Below are positions 22,109 to 31,255 of a DNA stretch of 64,000 bases, in pieces. The notes below the pieces were generated by a model that worked only from the letters and a program-made list of their open reading frames with translations, was not told the origin of the DNA and ran no database searches. The position numbers and the translations under genes were made by a program. How positions within the stretch are numbered: position 1 is the first letter of the stretch; the number at the start of each line of letters is the position of its first letter. This DNA is from Dendrobates tinctorius (lineage: Eukaryota). The DNA is taken from assembly GCF_039654945.1 (NCBI RefSeq), contig NW_027361819.1:4278001-4342000 (forward strand), written 5' to 3'.

Positions 22109-24142
22109 AGTTCACTGATCCACCTGACAAGGATCTACAGTGAAGACATCGGGATGTCCTTCGGACTGGAGACGTGCAGCCGGTGGGTAAAGTGAGGCAA
22201 GGTAGTCAAGACTGAGTGGAGTTACCAGAAGGGCATGTAGCAGATGTACAGACATGCTACAAGGACCTAGACATCCCACAGGGATACAGTAACCATGATG
22301 AGGAGGCAAGGAAAGCAGCAACATTCAAATATCAAAAGGTAAGACAAGTCCTGAAGAGCCAGCTCAATGGGAAGAATAAAATTCACACCATCAATACATA
22401 TGCCATGCCAGTTATCAGATACCCTGCTGGCATAGTGTGCTGGCCAAAAGAATAGATGGAGGCTGCAGATGTAACGACACGAAAGCTCCTCACAATGCAT
22501 GGAGGTCTCCACCCCAAGTCTAGCACCCAAAGATTGTATACCAACAGAAAGGAGGGTGGTCGAGGCTTGATAAGCATCTAAGCCACCATCACAGATGAAA
22601 CAAGGAGTATTCAGGAATACATCAGAAGAATCGTACCAAAAGATGAGATGCTGATAGAAAGCCTAAGGCAACAACAAGTCTGGAAACAGGATCATGAAGC
22701 GCCATGGCTAGACAAGCCACTGCATGGGATGTACCATCGACAGAAAATGGTGGTGGTTGACATGGAGACGTCCTACCAATGGCTGGAGAAAGCTGGACTC
22801 AGACAGCACAGAGGCGCTAATCATAGCAGCACAAGAGCAAGAACTAAGTAACAGATCCATAGAAGCAGGAGTCTACCACACAAGACAAGACCCAAGGTGC
22901 AGACTATGCAAAGAAACCTCAGAACCAGTCCAACACATAGTGGCAGGATGCAAAATGCAAGAACAGCATATACTGAATGCCACAACCAAGTAGAGGAAAT
23001 TGTATACAGGAACATCTGCACAGCATATGGGCTAAGACCCCTCAAGACCAGGTGGGAGACCCAAGAGAAAGTGGTGGAGAATGAAAAGGCTAAAATCCTG
23101 TGGGACTTCAAAATCCAGATGGATAAGCAGGTGTTGGCTAACCAACCAGACATTGTGATAGTAGACAAGGATCAGAAGACAGCAATGATAATAGATGTTG
23201 CTGTCACTTGGCACTGCCACATCAGAAAGAATGAATATGAGAAGCTGGAGAAAAACCAGGGCCTCAAAGGAGAACTGGAGAAGATGTGGAAGGTGAAGGC
23301 CACAGTGATTTCAGTGGTGATAGGAGGACTTGGAGCAGTGACTCCTAAGTTGGAAGAATGGCTACAACAGATCCCAGGAGCAACAGCTGAGCTCTGTCCA
23401 TAAAAGCGCAATGCTGGGAACAACTAAGAGCCTGTGCAGAACCCTCAAACTCCCAGGCCTCTGGTAGAAGATCTGAGAATGAGGAAGGACAACAAAGACC
23501 ACCCCAGTGGGGGAGAGAAGGAAGTTTTTAATTATGTATTATATATTTCTGACCCTCCTCAGTGTGATATAGTATATAGTAATATGGCCACTTTGTTCTC
23601 TCTTGATATTCGCTTTGAGAAACTGCTGCGAGTCACCACTGCTGGTGAAATCACAGATCTGTGGTGATCGAGCTTTGAGGTGGACCTGCCCATCTGGAAT
23701 CAAGTGGCTGACATATCACTTTCTAGCACCCTGGTTGAATACTTGTTTATACGCATCAATAACGGCCATTGTTGGGTTCAATAAATGCCGTGACAGACCT
23801 TCATCCAACAGCAAGGCTCATGTCATGAGTGGTCTTTTTGCATGACAGCCATCAGCACAGAAGGCCAAGGCCTTGTTTCAGCCTGGAGGCTCAGAGCTTT
23901 GGGAGCGGCACAAGGCAGTTATCCATGTTCCCTCACAATTTCCTGAACACTTTTTAAACTGTTCTTAATGCGGCCAAGAGACAAGATTGTAAGTGGGTGT
24001 AGCCGAGACGTACGTTTATTTTTGCCATGGTGGACATACCACACAGCATCACCGAGGCAGTTACCAGGCAGATTGCTTGGTGGGTGGAGCCTCCAGGTGA
24101 CCTATAAATAGCTGTAATAGTTTTTCCAGTCAGTGTTTCAGC

Positions 24143-24435
24143 AAGGGCCCCAGAAGGCAGCCACCAGCCCAGCCAGGGCCCCGCCAGAGGGCAGCCACCA
24201 GCCCAGCCAGGGCCCCGCCAGAGGGCAGCCACCAGCCCAGCCAGGGCCCCGCCAGAGGGCAGCCACCAGCCCAGCCAGGGCCCCGCCAGAGGGCAGCCAC
24301 CAGCCCAGCCAGGGCCCCGCCAGAGGGCAGCCACCAGCCCAGCCAGGGCCCCGCCAGAGGGCAGCCACCAGCCCAGCCAGGGCCCCGCCAGAGGGCAGCC
24401 ACCAGCCCAGCCAGGGCCCCGCCAGAGGGCAGCCA
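24143..24435. repeat. 34 bp minisatellite (CAGCCAGGGCCCCGCCAGAGGGCAGCCACCAGCC); copy ~55720-55912
   Basis: Perfect tandem units. Eight intact cores plus one degenerate in unit 1; six in unit 2. Confidence 0.95.
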
Positions 24436-25003
24436 GTGAACATGTGAGGAGATTATTTTTTCCCCCCTTCCAGTGGGCAGAGTAGAGATGGACCGACCAG
24501 AAGCCTTTGGATTGCATGAGAACTTGGACCCTTCAGGAAGATGGCATTCGTTGGTCTGCACAGCACCCTTAGGCTACCAGAATACTATGCTGTGGACACA
24601 GGAGGAGTACAGGCTGGGAGAGTAGTCCCCTATAATGGAGAATGGAAAACTGGAACCCTACAACATAAGGAAGGCCAGAGGAGGCCAGGATATGGGGGTC
24701 TGCTGGGGAACATCACCCTTGTGGGATAGAAGTAGACTATTGTGTCAGCTTGGATAACAGGATGAGCTCTGTTCACACTCGCCGTTTATCACGCCTCATA
24801 TGTGCCGTTTCCTGCATCTGTCTAAGTGTTGCCCGTCTGAGGAACTTTGTCATCTGCACATGTAATACAGCTGAAAATATTACTAGTATCCATATGACCG
24901 CTGCAGCCAATTACTGGGCTCAGTGGTAATTCCCATAAGCCCCCAAAACGCTGAGTCTAGTTCTTAGAAAGCATTGTAACACCAAATCGTACCAGCATGT
25001 AAC

Positions 25004-26264
25004 TGGGTCGCCCTCCCAGGGCTGTGGGGTACTCGGTACCGGGCCAGTGTCAGGGGGATGCGTGTCACAGCAGCGGTAACCCGGTCTGTGGCCCTGGGCG
25101 CTCAAATCAATGGTGGTTTTGTGGTTAATGTAATAGTTTGTGACGCCACCTGTGGTGTTTGGCAAGGGAGGTGTTAAGCTAGCGCTGCATGTAGATCCGC
25201 TGGGACTGATGGTGTGGTGCAGCAAAGATGGTGTATCTCCCCACAGGTGAAGCTGTAGTCCCAGGGCAGTGTAGGTGCAATGGATGAGGAGAGGCACAGA
25301 ATGGTGTGGATGCTGGTACCCAGATGTAGCAGTGCTGAAGGTGTTAGCAACGAATGAATGGCGGACACCAGGACTTGCAGTTTCAAAGCTTTACTCACAG
25401 TCCGTGGTACACACTGGTGCCTGCCTCCACGCTGTGTCCTCCGGGGTAGAGACTCAATCAACCTCCCGGGCAAGTCAGGGCTCTCCTCTCCAACATGTAC
25501 CTTCCTGAACGACTCCGCCAATGCGCCTTGTGGTGTGAAGCACTCCAGTACTTAGTTACCCTGGAATACCTCCTTACAGATGTTCTTAGAACTCTCCTTG
25601 TACGGCAGACAGCTGTAGCCTGCTTCGGGGACGCCTCGCTCCCGGCTCTGTGTTGCTGTTGTGCCTCAAGTCTTGGATGGGAGTAATGCATTTACAGCCT
25701 ACTACTCCACCGGTGTCTGCTGCAGAACCATAAGTGTCCATACAACCTCAGGGACCGGGCCCCGGCCTTGCGCTGAGAACCTATAGGCAGGGTTCCTCTT
25801 CCAACCCACGTCTCCTCTGTTCTCCTACTCCTTCGTTCCGTACTTGTCTTTCTCTCCTATGGAAGCTTAGGTTGCAGTTCTACATCTCTCTCCCGTGCCA
25901 GCTGGCTCAGGTTACTGAGGCAGCTGCAGCACTCCTTCCTCCATCCCTTCTTCCAGGGATCCTCTCCTGTCTGAGTGACTTCCTACTCCACTGACCTCCA
26001 ATTCTAAACCTTCCCAACCTTTTATATGAATCTGAACTCCACCCACCTAACAGCACATCCAGTGTTCCATGCAGGGAACCACCAAAGGTGCTCTGCTACT
26101 CTCTAAGCACTGAGCCGCTATGTGGTTGTGCAGAACTACCCTGTTGTGTGGGGTGCGAGTGTTGGAGTGTGGAAAGGAGTTCCCAACTTACCAGGATGGT
26201 GGGGTACCACACCTTAGGAGATGGTGCAGTACTTCTGTGGCGACTGAGCCTCAGGGGCGCCACA
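25004..26264 (-). mobile_element. Complete solo LTR-like element (family X, 1261 bp); copy 56481-57741
   Basis: TG...CA termini (TGGGTCGCCC...GGGGCGCCACA) with an exact 4 bp TSD TAAC (25000-25003 and 26265-26268). No coding capacity recognised. Confidence 0.82.
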
Positions 26265-26835
26265 TAACTCACTGAAGGATTTCGCTCTGCTCACCAGTTT
26301 ATCATGAGATTCTCACATTCCCAGCCACATACAGACTAGCTTTTCTTCCTGCTTCTCAGTGAGGCACGGGCTGTAATGTTTCACTGAACATTTAGAGAAT
26401 GATGAAGAGCAGCTCATCAGCACGTGACCAAGTGTGCAAGTCACATATGAGTGGTCACTTGTCTAATCAAACATATACCGTGTATAGGAGGAGGCTCCAA
26501 ACTGAAAACCTAGATCTGGCTCCGATTCAGGATGATGGAGAAACTTCAGAAACCAATTTTATTATCCCAAAAGTATTTTTTTTCTTCATGCCATGCAAAC
26601 AAAGTCCATTATTCAGGTGGAAGAATTCAAAATAATGGATGAGACAAAGGTCTCCTCCTCTACATCCAATGGTGGTGACACTTCCCCCCCCCCCCCCCAT
26701 CAAGATTGAAAATCTTTCAAAATCGATTAGGTCATGGGACCAGATTGATAGGAGGGAGCTCCGGCGTCCTCCATTAGGGGATCTAGAGCCGTAAAGTGGA
26801 TGTGCCGTAATAAGACAATGGTGGCTGCATGAAAG

Positions 26836-27852
26836 TGGGTCGCCCTCCCAGGGCTGTGGGGTACTTGGTACCGGGCCGGTGTCAGCGGGATGTGTCACAG
26901 TGGCGGTGACCCGGTCCGTGGCCCTGGGCGCTCAAGTAATGGGGGAATTGAAATGGTGGAATGTGGTTGAATAGTTCGTGACGCCACCTGTTGTGTTCAG
27001 CAAGGGAGGTGTTAAGCCGATGCTGCATGCAGATCCTCTGGGACTGATGGTATGGTCCAGCAAAGATGTAAAAGCTCCCCACAGGTGAAGCTGTAGCCCC
27101 AGGGCAGTGTAGATGTGGTTGGCACGGGGATGTAGCAGTGCCGGAAGGGTTGGAAGCAGACAGACACAGCGGGGTGCAATTTCTGTACCTTTACTTGATA
27201 AATGCAGACCAGGGTCCTGATTACAGATGGTACCGGAGCAGGCTAGCCTGGAAGCAACTCAGGGATTCTCCCTCAGCAGATGGGCTGTGCAGTCTCCTTC
27301 CTAGCGCTTATTTGAGGGATCTCCAGTACTGAGTTACACTGAAGTTCCTCCTGTCAGATGTTCCCAAGAACTCTATTTGTACGGCAGACAGCTGTAGCCT
27401 GTTCCAGGGACTCCTCACTCCTAAGTCCCAGCTTACTATCAGTGTTGCTGTTGTGCCCTCAAGTCTTAGATGGGAGTAGGGCATTTACAGCCTCCTACTC
27501 CTCTGGTGTCTGCTGTAGGACCATCAGTGTCCATACAGCCATGGAGACCAGGCTCCAGTTCATGCGCTCTTGCAGGAGACAAGCTCTTCCTCTCAGCTCT
27601 ATCTCAGCGCTCCTTCCTCACGTCTGCACACTTCACCCTCTGCAGACTAACTGACCACTCCTTCCTCTTGGCCCTCAGAGAGCACTCCTCCCCTTAATTC
27701 CAGTTCAGAGTCTCCCTGCTGGCCTGGAGTGGAACTGTGTTGCATGTATTGGTTAACTGCGAGAGAGACCCTTCACTGCTTCCAAGCCTGGCATTACCCT
27801 CCCTGGAGGAAGGTAAAGCCACTGTGGCAGCCATACTCCTGGGGGCACCACA
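26836..27852 (-). mobile_element. Solo LTR-like element (family X, shorter subfamily); copy 58313-59329
   Basis: TGGGTCGCCCTCCCAGGG...GGGGGCACCACA termini. Its end region resembles the 2504-4278 copy. Confidence 0.75.
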
Positions 27853-28199
27853 TTAGCATCAAGAAACCAACCATCTACAGATGCTTCAAGATCATGAATG
27901 CAGAGAAACAAGAGCTACCAATCATCAAGAGCCTAGTTAGAAACAATGAGTGGATAAACCCCAGAGGCCCCAATAAAAGATAAGTCAGAGTACTGAGGCC
28001 ATGTCATCAGTAACAAGACTACGGTTGTTGGATGGCGTCTTTCCTACTTCATGGATAATTAAATCCGCATTGTCCATTCCAGCTACTAGACTGGTTTACT
28101 TCCATTAACTAGTTACAAAAAAAAAATAAAAAATTCCTCCATCTCAGGAAGCAAATTGTTCTCAAAACCTCCATCCAGGATTTCTTTCAATAGAGGAAC

Positions 28200-28609
28200 T
28201 TAAAGTTTGATGTGAGGGGAACGCTTCTTTATCCTCTTAATATATTGTAGTCATCATATTCTATAGCGCTGCGTACTTACAATTGCTCATTTTGCCTTTC
28301 TACCCAAATAATAATTTTCTATTCTCTGCTCTATGTAGACACAGGAGGTCTCTTGTTCCTGAAAAACCTCATTCTCCCCCTGACAAAGCTGCTCCCTCCT
28401 CCCCCTCACGTTCCCTTTTGCAGTGATGAGTCCTACTACAGGGAAAATTGACCTCTTAGCTACTCCGTTTTTTTTTGTTTTTTTTAATCACTTGATTTCA
28501 CAGACTTAATGGAAAAGAAGAATTATCCAGGTAGAAAGGAGGAATGGGCAACTGATGACTGCAATATTTTAAGAGGATAACAATTCTGATGGTAAGTGGG
28601 CTTCTTTAA
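28200..28609. mobile_element. Degenerate TTAA-flanked MITE (T2/Kolobok-like); copy ~59676-60085
   Basis: TTAAAG...CTTTAA ends and internal inverted pair TTATCCTCTTAATATATTGTAGTCATCA / TGATGACTGCAATATTTTAAGAGGATAA. Confidence 0.5.
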
Positions 28610-29151
28610 GTTTAGCCAATTGGTGCAGAAAATCCAAAGAAACAAAAAGATAAAAAAAAAAAAAAAAAAGCACCAAATCATGTACATTGTGTGTATAGTT
28701 CAACATGAAAAATTTTGGTGAAGCGTCCTCCAACAATCACAGTACACATTTTGTACAAGGCATTGTACTGAGGGGCATGAAACTAAAGTTCTTTATGCTG
28801 CCTAGAAGTATATGGTCGGCAGCACAAGGACAATCTATAGAACTACTGTACAGACTTTAACAACCGGCACCAGGTGACTGTCCAATAACAGCACAATTTG
28901 CATGAAGCCCCCGGATAATCCTTCAGGGCACATGATTTTCTATAAATATTTAAAAAAAAAACAAAAACGGTGACATTTCGGTCTAATTGGACCATGAGAC
29001 TCAGATTTAAGTTTTTTTTGTGCTTCTGTTTTTCCTACATCCCTAAACTTATTCCCCTGCACCCCTCAACATAGTTTTTTTCCCCATATTTTGCCATTAA
29101 TGGATTGTGCAAGTTTGATCTCCCCCAACATAATGGAAGTAGGATACTCAC

Positions 29152-29434
29152 TGTCCTGGAGATGTTCAGATACAGATGACAATCCTGGGAATCTGGGAAT
29201 CATGTTCTGTAGATGATTCAGGAACTTCTGGCAGGCCTCTTCTCCCTTGTGAAGAATCAGGTCCATCAGACTAAGGGTTTTCTCCACCGGACTCACAACT
29301 TCGCACAGATTTCCATGTTCTTCAGAAGTTATAAGCTGGAGAGAGTTCACTTCATCCATGAAACCATCGACGTCCTTCTCAAACACCTCGGAGAATTTCC
29401 ATCTCAGACGGTGGATGGTCTTGGATGCCGCCAT
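29152..29434 (-). CDS. CARD (death-fold) coding exon, 94 codons + 1 nt; predicted first coding exon of the GTPase gene, copy 1
   Basis: MAASKTIHRLRWKFSEVFEKDVDGFMDEVNSLQLITSEEHGNL...EKTLSLMDLILHKGEEACQKFLNHLQ has the CARD pattern (LIT.EE, L.D.I..KGEEAC..FL..L). Acceptor tctcttacatttttcgcag precedes 29451, there is an in-frame TGA before the ATG, Kozak atcATGG is strong, and the donor A|GTGAGT is at 29151 (phase 1). Confidence 0.85.
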
Positions 29435-29753
29435 GATAACTGAAGGTCAGCCTGCGAAAAATGTAAGAGATCAGTTACTACTGCATGAACAGATGGACAC
29501 CGTCCTAAAGAAAAGTATAAAAACTGAGCACTGTGCAATAATATAACGAGGCGCTCATGCCACAGCGAGATACGGACCTTCGAGAAGAGACAAGGGGACA
29601 ACTAGGGAAGAACAGGGAAGAGTTTTCCTGGCTGACCAAGGGGAAGCCAGCAAAAGAGGCAACCATGGATGGACAAGGGGGTGGGAAGAAAAAAAAAAAG
29701 TTAGAGATGAGGACAAAGGGGTGGCTGCAGACAAATACCAATGAAAAAAACAT

Positions 29754-29982
29754 GGTGGCTCAGTGGTTATTACTGTAGTCTTACAGTCCTGGGTTCAAAT
29801 CCCACCTAGGACAACATCTGCAAGGCGTCTATGTTCTCCCCCTGTTCCATGGATTTCCTCCAGGTTCTCCGGTTTCCTCTCAGTCTAAAGACATACTGAT
29901 AAGTAATCTAGATTGTGAGCCCCAATGGGGACAGCAATGATAATGTCTGTAAAGCTGTGGAATTAATGGTGCCATACAATAG
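29754..29982 (+). mobile_element. tRNA-derived SINE (V-SINE-like) with L2-type tail; copy ~61227-61455
   Basis: Pol III A box TGGCTCAGTGG, B box GGTTCAAATCC, V-domain-like ATGTTCTCCCC..TTTCCTCC..CTCCGGTTTCCTC..AAAGACAT, and tail CTAGATTGTGAGCCCC..TGTAAAGC. Confidence 0.78.
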
Positions 29983-30239
29983 AGGAAAATAAATAAAAAT
30001 AAGATTGGGGTGAGAGCAAGCAAGGTGGTTAGAGTAGATGACAGTGAAAGACAAGGGGTGGCAACAAGGCAGGAGGCACCCTAGGGGGAATAGGGAAAGA
30101 CTGGAGAAGGCGGCCCTCAAGTAGAGATCAGGGAAGGATGCAGAAGAGGACAGAGGATATTTAAAAGAACGAAGGGGAAAAAAAAAAAAAAAAAACAAAA
30201 AAAAACACAAGCAAGGCCATGTGCCAACATAGTGATTCC

Positions 30240-30548
30240 TGAGCAGAATTGCACACGCTGCTCCCGTGAAGACACATGCGGTTTTTGACGCGCCTTTTTA
30301 AGCGTTTGTCAAGCGTTTTTGCCCATACAATTGATGGTATGTGGACTCGCACGAGATTCCACAAAATTGATGAACATGCTGCTCTTTACCGATAAGTGAT
30401 TCCACAGCGGTAAAAAACGCACCATTGGCACAACATGTGCATTCTCAGTTAGGAATCCATGGAATGCATTTAAGCGTTTCTGCGGCAGAATCGTGCATTT
30501 AAAATCGCCGCGGAAACGCTTAAAAAGCGCTCCGTGGGCACACAGCCT
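30240..30548. mobile_element. Degenerate Harbinger-like MITE; copy ~61721-62029
   Basis: TGCACACG / CGTGGGCACACAGCC end remnants and internal AAACGC/GCGTTT inverted motifs. Confidence 0.5.
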
Positions 30549-31239
30549 CAAGGTTTCAAAGGACAAGGTCATCGAAGAACAAGGGAAAAGGTTGGAGAAG
30601 AGAGACGAGCGCTGCAGAGGAAGACGCTCCGGAGGAGGAGCCAACACTAGCGGGGTTTCACCACAACGCTCAGTTTATTCAATAGCTCTTGGAATAAAAT
30701 AAAAGTTCCATAATTAGATGTGATTATTATAACAAAAAAAAAAAAAAAAACACCACACAGATACATGCAATGTCAGGGGAGATTATAAAACCTGAACTAA
30801 AGCGATATTTGCAGCGCTGAGCTTTAACAGATCAGGTGCAGATTGAATTTTGTACGATAACTGAGAAGACACTGGATTAAAGACTTCATTGTTCGATGAT
30901 CGTTAAACTCCCCAAGACCATGTTCACATGTTGCATTTTTTGCAGCTCTTTTAATAAAAAAAAATTAAAGTCTGCGCTTAACATCTCCAGCAAAAGCCCT
31001 GAGGTCACAGATCTCCTGCACGCTGGGTTTTTGTTCCAGACTGAGAACTGAGATCTGCGGCACCTTAGAAATCAGTGAGAAAGTTAAGGAAAAAAAAAAG
31101 AGACCCACAGGCTTCGCTGGCTGCATTTTGGGGTGATCAAATCATGCACTGTAATGAGTTACATAATCAGCACAAAAAAAAACAAAACACAACAACAACG
31201 TATGAACATAGTCCAAGGACACTGTGCAACACCACTGCA

Positions 31240-31255
31240 CCAACAGGGGGCGCCA
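31240..31255 (+). promoter_or_regulatory. Candidate CTCF site CCAACAGGGGGCGCCA; copy ~62713-62728
   Basis: Close match to the CTCF core consensus CCASYAGRKGGCRS; one per tandem unit. Confidence 0.4.

Larger units (their letters stand above)
16082..23535 (+). mobile_element. Decayed, near full-length RLE-type non-LTR retrotransposon (R4/Rex6/Dong-like), fragmented by younger insertions; copy ~47647-55111
   Basis: N-terminal ORF fragment at 16184, RT motifs WLTQGTVLIMKDP, GIYQGDALSPLLFCIGLNPLS and HLLYMDD, CCHC knuckle CRLCKETSEPVQHIVAGC, and PD-(D/E)xK nuclease ILWDF..ANQPDIVIVD..IIDVAV..EKLEK..VVIGGLG. Many stops and frameshifts. Flanks are TA-rich. End points are approximate. Confidence 0.88.
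15551..29151 (-). other. Predicted phase-1 GT-AG intron (13.6 kb) between the CARD and GTPase exons; copy 2 at 47124-60624
   Basis: Canonical donor and acceptor with compatible phases (A+GC = Ser). Content is largely transposon-derived. Small extra exons cannot be excluded. Confidence 0.7.

Noticed and set aside
22897-23403. 168 aa ORF as an independent nuclease gene
   Set aside because: It is the RLE domain of the decayed retrotransposon; upstream frames are broken.
23954-24561. ORFs over the 34 bp repeat, and a possible CRISPR-like array
   Set aside because: Contiguous tandem repeats with no unique spacers, no cas genes, and a vertebrate context.
24440-24790. Possible degenerate Gypsy gag/protease remnant
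   Set aside because: Resemblance is too weak to support without a homology search.
29066-29151. Last 28 residues of the 122 aa ORF (SEYPTSIMLG...), i.e. a standalone CARD-only protein
   Set aside because: This segment begins exactly at a consensus GTGAGT donor, so it is most likely intron read-through. An unspliced CARD-only isoform cannot be excluded without transcripts.
10842-29434. Assigning the symbol GVIN1, URGCP or CARD6
   Set aside because: Family membership is clear, but orthology cannot be decided without phylogeny and synteny.
29754-29830. tRNA gene
   Set aside because: A and B boxes are present but there is no complete cloverleaf, and the sequence continues into a SINE body and tail.
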